Below, piece after piece: positions 8,883 through 23,019 of a DNA stretch of 35,093 bases. Origin of the DNA: a virus (lineage: Duplodnaviria > Heunggongvirae > Uroviricota > Caudoviricetes); IMG/VR virus record IMGVR_UViG_2529293015_000001. The stretch is one strand, 5' to 3'. The notes beneath the pieces were generated by a model that saw only the letters and a list, made by a program, of their open reading frames with translations, was not told the origin of the DNA and ran no database searches. Made by a program: the position numbers and the translations under genes. The number at the start of each line of letters is the position of its first letter. Position 1 is the stretch's first letter.

Positions 8883-9176
8883 TTATTGTGAGCAATACAC
8901 ACGCGCTTCCAGCGGAGTATAAATGCCTAAAGTAATAAAACCGAGCAATCCATTTACGAATGTTTGCTGGGTTTCTGTTTTAACAACATTTTCTGCGCCG
9001 CCACAAATTTTGGCTGCATCAACAGTTTTCTCCTGTCCAATTCCCGAAACGAAGAAGTGATGGGTGATGGTTTCCTTTGGTGTTACTGCTGTCGGTTTGT
9101 TTCCAACAGTAAACGTCTGTTGAGCACATCCTGTAATAAGCATTGCCAGAGCGGCAGAAAACAACATTTTTTTCAT
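8883..9176 (-). CDS. bor: Bor lipoprotein (serum-resistance, Iss family)
   Basis: 97 aa from MKKMLFSAALAMLITGCAQQ (lipobox ITGC); same place and orientation as lambda bor; ORF-track start 9224 is an upstream extension. Confidence 0.85.
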   Translation of the reverse strand: MKKMLFSAALAMLITGCAQQTFTVGNKPTAVTPKETITHHFFVSGIGQEKTVDAAKICGGAENVVKTETQQTFVNGLLGFITLGIYTPLEARVYCSQ

Positions 9177-9535
9177 CTTATTATCCTGCATTGTTAAAAA
9201 CGGCAGAATCCTATGTGACAACAATTAAACGATAGTTAAATGGATTGATGAAAATTAAAACTATATAGGTGGATGCTCAGCCTATTGGAGGAGGGGGGCA
9301 CTCAGAATCCTGTGGAATGAAATAAACCGCTCTTTCTGTCCATTACCCTTTTAGCTGCGCTGTATCGTCGCCGTATTCCCGCATTAACCATGACCGTAGC
9401 CCGACGGGGAATTCCTTCTGCGTGAGTGTGCGGGAATAATCAAAAACGATGCACACCGGGTTTTACTGTGCTGACAGACGCAGGGTTACCCTCATAGTCG
9501 CTTTTCCGGTGCGATGGTGGAAGAAACCGGGATGT

Positions 9536-9730
9536 TTATTCATCATCACTTTGGATTGATGTATATGCTCTCTTTTCTGACGTTAGTCTCCGACGGCAGG
9601 CTTCAATGACCCAGGCTGAGAAATTCCCAGACCCTTTTTGCTCAAGAGCGATGTTAATTTGTTCAATCATTTGGTTAGGAAAGCGGATGTTGCGGGTTGT
9701 TGTTCTGCGGGTTCTGTTCTTAGTTGACAT
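9536..9730 (-). CDS. ylcI: Small basic protein (DUF3950/YlcI-like)
   Basis: 64-aa ORF MSTKNRTRRTTTRNIRFPNQMIEQINIALEQKG... recalled as DLP12 YlcI; weak RBS, so expression uncertain. Confidence 0.45.
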   Translation of the reverse strand: MSTKNRTRRTTTRNIRFPNQMIEQINIALEQKGSGNFSAWVIEACRRRLTSEKRAYTSIQSDDE

Positions 9731-9929
9731 GAGGTTGCCCCGTATTCAGTGTCGCTGATTTGTATTGTCTGAAGTTGTTTTTACGTTAAGTTGATGCAGA
9801 TCAATTAATACGATACCTGCGTCATAATTGATTATTTGACGTGGTTTGATGGCGTAGATGCACGTTGCGACATGTAGATGATAATTATTATCATTTTGCG
9901 GGTCCTTTCCGGCGATCCGACAGGTTACG

Positions 9930-9941
9930 GGGCGGCGACCT
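9930..9941. other. cosN with lambda 12-nt cohesive end GGGCGGCGACCT
   Basis: ...CAGGTTACG|GGGCGGCGACCT|CGCGGGTTTTCGCTATTTATGAAAATTTTCCGG... matches recalled lambda right-end/left-end junction. Confidence 0.75.
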
Positions 9942-9981
9942 CGCGGGTTTTCGCTATTTATGAAAATTTTCCGGTTTAAGG

Positions 9982-10094
9982 CGTTTCCGTTCTTCTTCGT
10001 CATAACTTAATGTTTTTATTTAAAATACCCTCTGAAAAGAAAGGAAACGACAGGTGCTGAAAGCGAGCTTTTTGGCCTCTGTCGTTTCCTTTCT
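9982..10094 (+). promoter_or_regulatory. cosB: small-terminase (Nu1) binding repeats R3, R2, R1
   Basis: 16-mer CTGTCGTTTCCTTTCT at 10079-10094, its reverse complement at 10038-10053, related CGTTTCCGTTCT at 9982-9993; between cosN and Nu1. Confidence 0.6.
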
Positions 10095-10118
10095 CTGTTT
10101 TTGTCCGTGGAATGAACA

Positions 10119-10638
10119 ATGGAAGTCAACAAAAAGCAGCTGGCTGACATTTTCGGTGCGAGTATCCGTACCATTCAGAACTGGCAGGAACAGGGAATGC
10201 CCGTTCTGCGAGGCGGTGGCAAGGGTAATGAGGTGCTTTATGACTCTGCCGCCGTCATAAAATGGTATGCCGAAAGGGATGCTGAAATTGAGAACGAAAA
10301 GCTGCGCCGGGAAGTTGAAGAACTGCGGCAGGCCAGCGAGACAGATCTCCAGCCAGGGACTATTGAGTACGAACGCCATCGACTTACGCGTGCGCAGGCC
10401 GACGCACAGGAGCTGAAAAATGCCAGAGACTCCGCTGAAGTGGTGGAAACCGCATTCTGTACTTTCGTGCTGTCGCGGATCGCAGGTGAAATTGCCAGTA
10501 TTCTCGACGGGATCCCCCTGTCGGTGCAGCGGCGTTTTCCGGAACTGGAAAACCGACATGTTGATTTCCTGAAACGGGATATCATCAAAGCCATGAACAA
10601 AGCAGCCGCGCTGGATGAACTGATACCGGGGTTGCTGA

Positions 10639-10664
<26 letters not shown>
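10119..10664 (+). CDS. nu1: Terminase small subunit Nu1
   Basis: 181 aa; MEVNKKQLADIFGASIRTIQNWQEQGMPVLRGGGKGNEVLYDSAAVIKWY... matches recalled lambda Nu1. Confidence 0.9.
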
Positions 10665-14345
<3,681 letters not shown>

Positions 14346-14365
<20 letters not shown>

Positions 14366-15665
14366 TCTCCCGCATATTGCCAGCATGGCCTTTAATGAGC
14401 CGCTGATGCTTGAACCCGCCTATGCGCGGGTTTTCTTTTGTGCGCTTGCAGGCCAGCTTGGGATCAGCCGCCTGACGGATGCGGTGTCCGGCGACAGCCT
14501 GACTGCCCAGGAGGCACTCGCGACGCTGGCATTATCCGGTGATGATGACGGACCACGACAGGCCCGCAGTTATCAGGTCATGAACGGCATCGCCGTGCTG
14601 CCGGTGTCCGGCACGCTGGTCAGCCGGACGCGGGCGCTGCAGCCGTACTCGGGGATGACCGGTTACAACGGCATTATCGCCCGTCTGCAACAGGCTGCCA
14701 GCGATCCGATGGTGGACGGCATTCTGCTCGATATGGACACGCCCGGCGGGATGGTGGCGGGGGCATTTGACTGCGCTGACATCATCGCCCGTGTGCGTGA
14801 CATAAAACCGGTATGGGCGCTTGCCAACGACATGAACTGCAGTGCAGGTCAGTTGCTTGCCAGTGCCGCCTCCCGGCGTCTGGTCACGCAGACCGCCCGG
14901 ACAGGCTCCATCGGCGTCATGATGGCTCACAGTAATTACGGTGCTGCGCTGGAGAAACAGGGTGTGGAAATCACGCTGATTTACAGCGGCAGCCATAAGG
15001 TGGATGGCAACCCCTACAGCCATCTTCCGGATGACGTCCGGGAGACACTGCAGTCCCGGATGGACGCAACCCGCCAGATGTTTGCGCAGAAGGTGTCGGC
15101 ATATACCGGCCTGTCCGTGCAGGCTGTGCTGGATACCGAGGCTGCAGTGTACAGCGGTCAGGAGGCCATTGATGCCGGACTGGCTGATGAACTTGTTAAC
15201 AGCACCGATGCGATCACCGTCATGCGTGATGCACTGGATGCACGTAAATCCCGTCTCTCAGGAGGGCGAATGACCAAAGAGACTCAATCAACAACTGTTT
15301 CAGCCACTGCTTCGCAGGCTGACGTTACTGACGTGGTGCCAGCGACGGAGGGCGAGAACGCCAGCGCGGCGCAGCCGGACGTGAACGCGCAGATCACCGC
15401 AGCGGTTGCGGCAGAAAACAGCCGCATTATGGGGATCCTCAACTGTGAGGAGGCTCACGGACGCGAAGAACAGGCACGCGTGCTGGCAGAAACCCCCGGT
15501 ATGACCGTGAAAACGGCCCGCCGCATTCTGGCCGCAGCACCACAGAGTGCACAGGCGCGCAGTGACACTGCGCTGGATCGTCTGATGCAGGGGGCACCGG
15601 CACCGCTGGCTACAGGTAACCCGGCATCTGATGCCGTTAACGATTTGCTGAACACACCAGTGTAA
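14346..15665 (+). CDS. C: Head maturation protease / minor capsid protein C (S49/ClpP-like)
   Basis: GTG 14346 overlaps B by 20 nt as in lambda; 439 aa; the ORF-track start 14211 is an in-frame upstream extension. Confidence 0.85.
15060..15665 (+). CDS. nu3: Scaffolding protein Nu3, in-frame internal start within C
   Basis: In-frame ATG 15060 (MDATRQMF...) at the offset expected from lambda C/Nu3 coordinates; Ala-rich C-terminal part. Confidence 0.55.
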   Translation: MDATRQMFAQKVSAYTGLSVQAVLDTEAAVYSGQEAIDAGLADELVNSTDAITVMRDALDARKSRLSGGRMTKETQSTTVSATASQADVTDVVPATEGENASAAQPDVNAQITAAVAAENSRIMGILNCEEAHGREEQARVLAETPGMTVKTARRILAAAPQSAQARSDTALDRLMQGAPAPLATGNPASDAVNDLLNTPV

Positions 15666-15674
15666 GGGATGTTT

Positions 15675-16007
15675 ATGACGAGCAAAGAAACCTTTACCCA
15701 TTACCAGCCGCAGGGCAACAGTGACCCGGCTCATACCGCAACCGCGCCCGGCGGATTGAGTGCGAAAGCGCCTGCAATGACCCCGCTGATGCTGGACACC
15801 TCCAGCCGTAAGCTGGTTGCGTGGGATGGCACCACCGACGGTGCTGCCGTTGGCATTCTTGCGGTTGCTGCTGACCAGACCAGCACCACGCTGACGTTCT
15901 ACAAGTCCGGCACGTTCCGTTATGAGGATGTGCTCTGGCCGGAGGCTGCCAGCGACGAGACGAAAAAACGGACCGCGTTTGCCGGAACGGCAATCAGCAT
16001 CGTTTAA
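15675..16007 (+). CDS. D: Head decoration protein D
   Basis: 110 aa [27 protein letters not shown]...; SD AGGGA; ORF track starts 2 codons upstream. Confidence 0.9.
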
Positions 16008-16025
16008 CTTTACCCTTCATCACTA

Positions 16026-16050
16026 AAGGCCGCCTGTGCGGCTTTTTTTA
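16026..16050 (+). terminator. Hairpin plus T-tract between D and E (possible attenuator)
   Basis: Stem GCCGC/GCGGC extendable with A-U/G-U pairs, loop CTGT, then seven T. Confidence 0.3.
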
Positions 16051-16062
16051 CGGGATTTTTTT

Positions 16063-17088
16063 ATGTCGATGTACACAACCGCCCAACTGCTGGCGGCAAA
16101 TGAGCAGAAATTTAAGTTTGATCCGCTGTTTCTGCGTCTCTTTTTCCGTGAGAGCTATCCCTTCACCACGGAGAAAGTCTATCTCTCACAAATTCCGGGA
16201 CTGGTAAACATGGCGCTGTACGTTTCGCCGATTGTTTCCGGTGAGGTTATCCGTTCCCGTGGCGGCTCCACCTCTGAATTTACGCCGGGATATGTCAAAC
16301 CCAAGCATGAAGTGAATCCGCAGATGACCCTGCGTCGCCTGCCGGATGAAGATCCGCAGAATCTGGCGGACCCGGCTTACCGCCGCCGTCGCATCATCAT
16401 GCAGAACATGCGTGACGAAGAGCTGGCCATTGCTCAGGTCGAAGAGATGCAGGCAGTTTCTGCCGTGCTTAAGGGCAAATACACCATGACCGGTGAAGCC
16501 TTCGATCCGGTTGAGGTGGATATGGGCCGCAGTGAGGAGAATAACATCACGCAGTCCGGCGGCACGGAGTGGAGCAAGCGTGACAAGTCCACGTATGACC
16601 CGACCGACGATATCGAAGCCTACGCGCTGAACGCCAGCGGTGTGGTGAATATCATCGTGTTCGATCCGAAAGGCTGGGCGCTGTTCCGTTCCTTCAAAGC
16701 CGTCAGGGAGAAGCTGGATACCCGTCGTGGCTCTAATTCCGAGCTGGAGACAGCGGTGAAAGACCTGGGCAAAGCGGTGTCCTATAAGGGGATGTATGGC
16801 GATGTGGCCATCGTCGTGTATTCCGGACAGTACGTGGAAAACGGCGTCAAAAAGAACTTCCTGCCGGACAACACGATGGTGCTGGGGAACACTCAGGCAC
16901 GCGGTCTGCGCACCTATGGCTGCATTCAGGATGCGGACGCACAGCGCGAAGGCATTAACGCCTCTGCCCGTTACCCGAAAAACTGGGTGACCACCGGCGA
17001 TCCGGCGCGTGAGTTCACCATGATTCAGTCAGCACCGCTGATGCTGCTGGCTGACCCTGATGAGTTCGTGTCCGTACAACTGGCGTAA
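16063..17088 (+). CDS. E: Major capsid protein E
   Basis: 341 aa MSMYTTAQLLAANEQKFKFDPLFLRLFFRESYPF... matches recalled lambda gpE. Confidence 0.93.
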   Translation: MSMYTTAQLLAANEQKFKFDPLFLRLFFRESYPFTTEKVYLSQIPGLVNMALYVSPIVSGEVIRSRGGSTSEFTPGYVKPKHEVNPQMTLRRLPDEDPQNLADPAYRRRRIIMQNMRDEELAIAQVEEMQAVSAVLKGKYTMTGEAFDPVEVDMGRSEENNITQSGGTEWSKRDKSTYDPTDDIEAYALNASGVVNIIVFDPKGWALFRSFKAVREKLDTRRGSNSELETAVKDLGKAVSYKGMYGDVAIVVYSGQYVENGVKKNFLPDNTMVLGNTQARGLRTYGCIQDADAQREGINASARYPKNWVTTGDPAREFTMIQSAPLMLLADPDEFVSVQLA

Positions 17089-17090
17089 TC

Positions 17091-17117
17091 ATGGCCCTTC
17101 GGGGCCATTGTTTCTCT
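17091..17117 (+). terminator. Hairpin just after E: 7-bp stem with UUCG-type tetraloop and U-rich tail (possible attenuator or RNA-stability element)
   Basis: ATGGCCC-TTCG-GGGCCAT followed by TGTTTCTCT. Confidence 0.3.
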
Positions 17118-17129
17118 GTGGAGGAGTCC

Positions 17130-17528
17130 ATGACGAAAGATGAACTGATTGCCCGTCTCCGCTCGCTGGGTGAACAACTGAACCGTGATGTCAGCCTGAC
17201 GGGGACGAAAGAAGAACTGGCGCTCCGTGTGGCAGAGCTGGAAGAGGAGCTTGATGACACGGATGAAACTGCCGGTCAGGACACCCCTCTCAGCCGGGAA
17301 AATGTGCTGACCGGACATGAAAATGAGGTGGGATCAGCGCAGCCGGATACCGTGATTCTGGATACGTCTGAACTGGTCACGGTCGTGGCACTGGTGAAGC
17401 TGCATACTGATGCACTTCACGCCACGCGGGATGAACCTGTGGCATTTGTGCTGCCGGGAACGGCGTTTCGTGTCTCTGCCGGTGTGGCAGCCGAAATGAC
17501 AGAACGTGGCCTGGCCAGAATGCAATAA
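17130..17528 (+). CDS. FI: DNA-packaging/head assembly protein FI
   Basis: 132 aa MTKDELIARLRSLGEQLNRDVSLTGTKEELALRVAELEEELDD...; SD GGAGGAG; lambda order. Confidence 0.85.
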   Translation: MTKDELIARLRSLGEQLNRDVSLTGTKEELALRVAELEEELDDTDETAGQDTPLSRENVLTGHENEVGSAQPDTVILDTSELVTVVALVKLHTDALHATRDEPVAFVLPGTAFRVSAGVAAEMTERGLARMQ

Positions 17529-17539
17529 CGGGAGGCGCT

Positions 17540-17893
17540 GTGGCTGATTTCGATAACCTGTTCGATGCTGCCATTGCCCGCGCCGATGAAACGATACGCG
17601 GGTACATGGGAACGTCAGCCACCATGACATCCGGTGAGCAGTCCGGCGCAGTAATACGTGGTGTTTTTGATGACCCTGAAAATATCAGCTATGCCGGACA
17701 GGGCGTGCGCGTTGAAGGCTCCAGCCCGTCCCTGTTTGTCCGGACTGATGAGGTGCGGCAGCTGCGGCGTGGAGACACGCTGACCATCGGTGAGGAAAAC
17801 TTCTGGGTAGACCGGGTTTCGCCGGATGATGGCGGAAGTTGTCATCTCTGGCTTGGGCGTGGCGTGCCGCCTGCCGTTAACCGTCGCCGCTGA
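17540..17893 (+). CDS. FII: Head-tail connector protein FII
   Basis: 117 aa, lambda order and size. Confidence 0.85.
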   Translation: MADFDNLFDAAIARADETIRGYMGTSATMTSGEQSGAVIRGVFDDPENISYAGQGVRVEGSSPSLFVRTDEVRQLRRGDTLTIGEENFWVDRVSPDDGGSCHLWLGRGVPPAVNRRR

Positions 17894-17904
17894 AAGGGGG
17901 ATGT

Positions 17905-18483
17905 ATGGCCATAAAAGGTCTTGAGCAGGCCATTGAAAACCTCAGCCGTATCAGCAAAACGGCGGTGCCTGGTGCCGCCGCAATGGCCATTAACCGCGTT
18001 GCTTCATCCGCGATATCGCAGTCGGCGTCACAGGTTGCCCGTGAGACAAAGGTACGCCGGAAACTGGTAAAGGAAAGGGCCAGGCTGAAAAGGGCCACGG
18101 TCAAAAATCCGCAGGCCAGAATCAAAGTTAACCGGGGGGATTTGCCCGTAATCAAGCTGGGTAATGCGCGGGTTGTCCTTTCGCGCCGCAGGCGTCGTAA
18201 AAAGGGGCAGCGTTCACCCCTGAAAGGTGGCGGCAGCGTGCTTGTGGTGGGTAACCGTCGTATTCCCGGCGCGTTTATTCAGCAACTGAAAAATGGCCGG
18301 TGGCATGTCATGCAGCGTGTGGCCGGGAAAAACCGTTACCCCATTGATGTGGTGAAAATCCCGATGGCGGTGCCGCTGACCACGGCGTTTAAACAAAATA
18401 TTGAGCGGATACGGCGTGAACGTCTTCCGAAAGAGCTGGGCTATGCGCTGCAGCATCAACTGAGGATGGTAATAAAGCGATGA
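17905..18483 (+). CDS. Z: Tail completion protein Z
   Basis: 192 aa, lambda order and size. Confidence 0.85.
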   Translation: MAIKGLEQAIENLSRISKTAVPGAAAMAINRVASSAISQSASQVARETKVRRKLVKERARLKRATVKNPQARIKVNRGDLPVIKLGNARVVLSRRRRRKKGQRSPLKGGGSVLVVGNRRIPGAFIQQLKNGRWHVMQRVAGKNRYPIDVVKIPMAVPLTTAFKQNIERIRRERLPKELGYALQHQLRMVIKR

Positions 18484-18875
18484 AACATACTGAACTCCGT
18501 GCAGCCGTACTGGATGCACTGGAGAAGCATGACACCGGGGCGACGTTTTTTGATGGTCGCCCCGCTGTTTTTGATGAGGCGGATTTTCCGGCAGTTGCCG
18601 TTTATCTCACCGGCGCTGAATACACGGGCGAAGAGCTGGACAGCGATACCTGGCAGGCGGAGCTGCATATCGAAGTTTTCCTGCCTGCTCAGGTGCCGGA
18701 TTCAGAGCTGGATGCGTGGATGGAGTCCCGGATTTATCCGGTGATGAGCGATATCCCGGCACTGTCAGATTTGATCACCAGTATGGTGGCCAGCGGCTAT
18801 GACTACCGGCGCGACGATGATGCGGGCCTGTGGAGTTCAGCCGATCTGACTTATGTCATTACCTATGAAATGTGA
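18480..18875 (+). CDS. U: Tail terminator protein U
   Basis: 131 aa; ATGA overlap with Z. Confidence 0.85.
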
Positions 18876-18882
18876 GGACGCT

Positions 18883-19623
18883 ATGCCTGTACCAAATCCT
18901 ACAATGCCGGTGAAAGGTGCCGGGACCACCCTGTGGGTTTATAAGGGGAGCGGTGACCCTTATGCGAATCCGCTTTCAGACGTTGACTGGTCGCGTCTGG
19001 CAAAAGTTAAAGACCTGACGCCCGGCGAACTGACCGCTGAGTCCTATGACGACAGCTATCTCGATGATGAAGATGCAGACTGGACTGCGACCGGGCAGGG
19101 GCAGAAATCTGCCGGAGATACCAGCTTCACGCTGGCGTGGATGCCCGGAGAGCAGGGGCAGCAGGCGCTGCTGGCGTGGTTTAATGAAGGTGATACCCGT
19201 GCCTATAAAATCCGCTTCCCGAACGGCACGGTCGATGTGTTCCGTGGCTGGGTCAGCAGTATCGGTAAGGCGGTGACGGCGAAGGAAGTGATCACCCGCA
19301 CGGTGAAAGTCACCAATGTGGGACGTCCGTCGATGGCAGAAGATCGCAGCACGGTAACAGCGGCAACCGGCATGACCGTGACGCCTGCCAGCACCTCGGT
19401 GGTGAAAGGGCAGAGCACCACGCTGACCGTGGCCTTCCAGCCGGAGGGCGTAACCGACAAGAGCTTTCGTGCGGTGTCTGCGGATAAAACAAAAGCCACC
19501 GTGTCGGTCAGTGGTATGACCATCACCGTGAACGGCGTTGCTGCAGGCAAGGTCAACATTCCGGTTGTATCCGGTAATGGTGAGTTTGCTGCGGTTGCAG
19601 AAATTACCGTCACCGCCAGTTAA
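18883..19623 (+). CDS. V: Major tail tube protein V with C-terminal Ig-like (Big_2) domain
   Basis: 246 aa [31 protein letters not shown]...; C-terminal T/V/S-rich Ig-like segment; SD GAGGA. Confidence 0.9.
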
Positions 19624-19638
19624 TCCGGAGAGTCAGCG

Positions 19639-20061
19639 ATGTTCCTGAAAACCGAATCATTTGAACATAACGGTGTGACCGTCACGCTTTCTGAACTGTC
19701 AGCCCTGCAGCGCATTGAGCATCTCGCCCTGATGAAACGGCAGGCAGAACAGGCGGAGTCAGACAGCAACCGGAAGTTTACTGTGGAAGACGCCATCAGA
19801 ACCGGCGCGTTTCTGGTGGCGATGTCCCTGTGGCATAACCATCCGCAGAAGACGCAGATGCCGTCCATGAATGAAGCCGTTAAACAGATTGAGCTGGAAG
19901 TGCTTACCACCTGGCCCACGGAGGCAATTTCTCATGCTGAAAACGTGGTGTACCGGCTGTCTGGTATGTATGAGTTTGTGGTGAATAATGCCCCTGAACA
20001 GACAGAGGACGCCGGGCCCGCAGAGCCTGTTTCTGCGGGAAAGTGTTCGACGGTGAGCTGA
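19639..20061 (+). CDS. G: Tail assembly chaperone G
   Basis: 140 aa; lambda order; slippery heptamer near its 3' end. Confidence 0.85.
   Translation: MFLKTESFEHNGVTVTLSELSALQRIEHLALMKRQAEQAESDSNRKFTVEDAIRTGAFLVAMSLWHNHPQKTQMPSMNEAVKQIELEVLTTWPTEAISHAENVVYRLSGMYEFVVNNAPEQTEDAGPAEPVSAGKCSTVS
20037..20043 (+). promoter_or_regulatory. Programmed -1 ribosomal frameshift site G GGA AAG producing the G-T fusion
   Basis: Heptamer GGGAAAG in the G zero frame (codons GGA 20038, AAG 20041), 6 codons before the G stop; the -1 frame is open through 20477. Confidence 0.8.
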
Positions 20062-20477
20062 GTTTTGCCCTGAAACTGGCGCGCGAGATGGGGCGACCCG
20101 ACTGGCGTGCCATGCTTGCCGGGATGTCATCCACGGAGTATGCCGACTGGCACCGCTTTTACAGTACCCATTATTTTCATGATGTTCTGCTGGATATGCA
20201 CTTTTCCGGGCTGACGTACACCGTACTCAGCCTGTTTTTCAGCGATCCGGATATGCATCCGCTGGATTTCAGTCTGCTGAACCGGCGCGAGGCTGACGAA
20301 GAGCCTGAAGATGATGTGCTGATGCAGAAAGCGGCAGGGCTTGCCGGAGGTGTCCGCTTTGGCCCGGACGGGAATGAAGTTATCCCCGCTTCCCCGGATG
20401 TGGCGGACATGACGGAGGATGACGTAATGCTGATGACAGTATCAGAAGGGATCGCAGGAGGAGTCCGGTATGGCTGA
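20043..20477 (+). CDS. T: T reading frame of tail assembly chaperone, expressed as G-T fusion by -1 frameshifting
   Basis: Open -1 frame from the slippery site to 20477, overlapping the H start, as in lambda. Confidence 0.75.
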   Translation: MFDGELSFALKLAREMGRPDWRAMLAGMSSTEYADWHRFYSTHYFHDVLLDMHFSGLTYTVLSLFFSDPDMHPLDFSLLNRREADEEPEDDVLMQKAAGLAGGVRFGPDGNEVIPASPDVADMTEDDVMLMTVSEGIAGGVRYG

Positions 20478-23019
20478 ACCGGTAGGCGATCTGGTCGTTG
20501 ATTTGAGTCTGGATGCGGCCAGATTTGACGAGCAGATGGCCAGAGTCAGGCGTCATTTTTCCGGTACGGAAAGTGATGCGAAAAAAACAGCGGCAGTCGT
20601 TGAACAGTCAATGAACCGGCAGGCGCTGGCTGCACAGAAAGCGGGGATTTCCGTCGGACAGTATAAAGCCGCCATGCGTATGCTTCCTGCACAGTTCACC
20701 GACGTGGCCACGCAGCTTGCAGGCGGGCAAAGTCCGTGGCTGATCCTGCTGCAACAGGGGGGGCAGGTTAAGGACTCCTTCGGCGGGATGATCCCCATGT
20801 TCAGGGGGCTTGCCGGTGCGATCACCCTGCCGATGGTCGGGGCCACCTCGCTGGCGGTGGCGACCGGTGCGCTGGCGTATGCCTGGTATCAGGGCAACTC
20901 AACCCTGTCCGATTTCAACAAAACGCTGGTCCTTTCCGGCAATCAGGCGGGACTGACGGCAGATCGTATGTTGGTCCTGTCCAGAGCCGGGCAGGCGGCA
21001 GGGCTGACGTTTAACCAGACCAGCGAGTCACTCAGCGCACTGGTTAAGGCGGGGGTAAGCGGTGAGGCTCAGATTGCGTCCATCAGCCAGAGTGTGGCGC
21101 GTTTCTCCTCTGCATCCGGCGTGGAGGTGGACAAGGTCGCTGAAGCCTTCGGGAAGCTGACCACAGACCCGACGTCGGGGCTGACGGCGATGGCACGCCA
21201 GTTCCATAACGTGACGGCGGAGCAGATTGCGTATGTTGCTCAGTTGCAGCGTTCCGGCGATGAAGCCGGGGCATTGCAGGCGGCGAACGAGGCCGCAACG
21301 AAAGGGTTTGATGACCAGACCCGCCGCCTGAAAGAGAACATGGGCACGCTGGAGACCTGGGCAGACAGGACAGCGCGGGCATTCAAATCCATGTGGGATG
21401 CGGTGCTGGATATTGGTCGTCCTGATACCGCGCAGGAGATGCTGATTAAGGCAGAGGCTGCGTTTAAGAAAGCAGACGACATCTGGAATCTGCGCAAGGA
21501 TGATTATTTTGTTAACGATGAAGCGCGGGCGCGTTACTGGGATGATCGTGAAAAGGCCCGTCTTGCGCTTGAAGCCGCCCGAAAGAAGGCTGAGCAGCAG
21601 ACTCAACAGGACAAAAATGCGCAGCAGCAGAGCGATACCGAAGCGTCACGGCTGAAATATACCGAAGAGGCGCAGAAGGCTTACGAACGCCTGCAGACGC
21701 CGCTGGAGAAATATACCGCCCGTCAGGAAGAACTGAACAAGGCACTGAAAGACGGGAAAATCCTGCAGGCGGATTACAACACGCTGATGGCGGCGGCGAA
21801 AAAGGATTATGAAGCGACGCTGAAAAAGCCGAAACAGTCCGGCGTGAAGGTGTCTGCGGGCGATCGTCAGGAGGACAGTGCTCATGCTGCCCTGCTGACG
21901 CTTCAGGCAGAACTCCGGACGCTGGAGAAGCATGCCGGAGCGAATGAGAAAATCAGCCAGCAGCGCCGGGATTTGTGGAAGGCAGAAAGTCAGTTCGCGG
22001 TACTGGAGGAGACGGCACAACGTCGCCAGCTGTCCGCACAGGAGAAATCCCTGCTGGCGCATAAAGATGAGACGCTGGAGTACAAACGCCAGCTGGCTGC
22101 ACTTGGCGACAAGGTTACGTATCAGGAGCGCCTGAACGCGCTGGCGCAGCAGGCGGATAAATTCGCACAGCAGCAACGGGCAAAACGGGCCGCCATTGAT
22201 GCAAAAAACCGGGGGCTGACTGACCGGCAGGCAGCGTGGGAAGCCACGGAACAGCGCCTGAAGGAACAGTATGGCGATAATCCTCTGGCGCTGAATAACG
22301 TCATGTCAGAGCAGAAAAAGACCTGGGCGGCTGAAGACCAGCTTCGCGGGAGCTGGATGGCAGGCCTGAAGTCCGGCTGGAGTGAGTGGGAAGAGAGCGC
22401 CACGGACAGTATGTCGCAGGTAAAAAGTGCAGCCACGCAGACCTTTGATGGTATTGCACAGAATATGGCGGCGATGCTGACCGGCAGTGAACAGAACTGG
22501 CGCAGCTTCACCCGTTCCGTGCTGTCCATGATGACAGAAATTCTGCTTAAGCAGGCAATGGTGGGGATTGTCGGAAGTATAGGCAGCGCCATTGGCGGCG
22601 GCGCATCAGCGTCAGGCGGTACAGCCATTCAGGCCGCTGCGGCGAAATTCCATTTTGCAACCGGAGGATTTACGGGAACCGGCGGCAAATATGAGCCAGC
22701 GGGGATTGTTCACCGTGGTGAATTTGTCTTCACGAAGGAGGCAACCAGCCGGATTGGCGTGGGGAATCTTTACCGGCTGATGCGCGGCTATGCCACCGGC
22801 GGTTATGTCGGTGGCACCGGAAGTCCGGCGCAAATGCGGCGTTCAGAGGGTATCAGGTTTGAGCAGAACAACAACGTGGTGATTCAGAACGACGGTACGA
22901 ATGGTCTGCCAGGTCCACAGATGATGAAGGCGGTGTATGACATGGCCCGCAAGGGTGCCCGTGATGAAATCCAGGCACAGATGCGCGATGGTGGTCTGTT
23001 CTCCGGAGGTGGACGATGA
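20470..23019 (+). CDS. H: Tail tape-measure protein H
   Basis: 849 aa (4 aa shorter than lambda H); coiled-coil-rich middle, Gly-rich C-terminus. Confidence 0.9.
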   Translation: MAEPVGDLVVDLSLDAARFDEQMARVRRHFSGTESDAKKTAAVVEQSMNRQALAAQKAGISVGQYKAAMRMLPAQFTDVATQLAGGQSPWLILLQQGGQVKDSFGGMIPMFRGLAGAITLPMVGATSLAVATGALAYAWYQGNSTLSDFNKTLVLSGNQAGLTADRMLVLSRAGQAAGLTFNQTSESLSALVKAGVSGEAQIASISQSVARFSSASGVEVDKVAEAFGKLTTDPTSGLTAMARQFHNVTAEQIAYVAQLQRSGDEAGALQAANEAATKGFDDQTRRLKENMGTLETWADRTARAFKSMWDAVLDIGRPDTAQEMLIKAEAAFKKADDIWNLRKDDYFVNDEARARYWDDREKARLALEAARKKAEQQTQQDKNAQQQSDTEASRLKYTEEAQKAYERLQTPLEKYTARQEELNKALKDGKILQADYNTLMAAAKKDYEATLKKPKQSGVKVSAGDRQEDSAHAALLTLQAELRTLEKHAGANEKISQQRRDLWKAESQFAVLEETAQRRQLSAQEKSLLAHKDETLEYKRQLAALGDKVTYQERLNALAQQADKFAQQQRAKRAAIDAKNRGLTDRQAAWEATEQRLKEQYGDNPLALNNVMSEQKKTWAAEDQLRGSWMAGLKSGWSEWEESATDSMSQVKSAATQTFDGIAQNMAAMLTGSEQNWRSFTRSVLSMMTEILLKQAMVGIVGSIGSAIGGGASASGGTAIQAAAAKFHFATGGFTGTGGKYEPAGIVHRGEFVFTKEATSRIGVGNLYRLMRGYATGGYVGGTGSPAQMRRSEGIRFEQNNNVVIQNDGTNGLPGPQMMKAVYDMARKGARDEIQAQMRDGGLFSGGGR

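Noticed and set aside
9746-10003. 85-aa minus-strand ORF spanning the cos site
   Set aside because: It crosses cosN and the cosB/R3 region, has no SD, and would be disrupted in the linear packaged genome; more likely non-coding.
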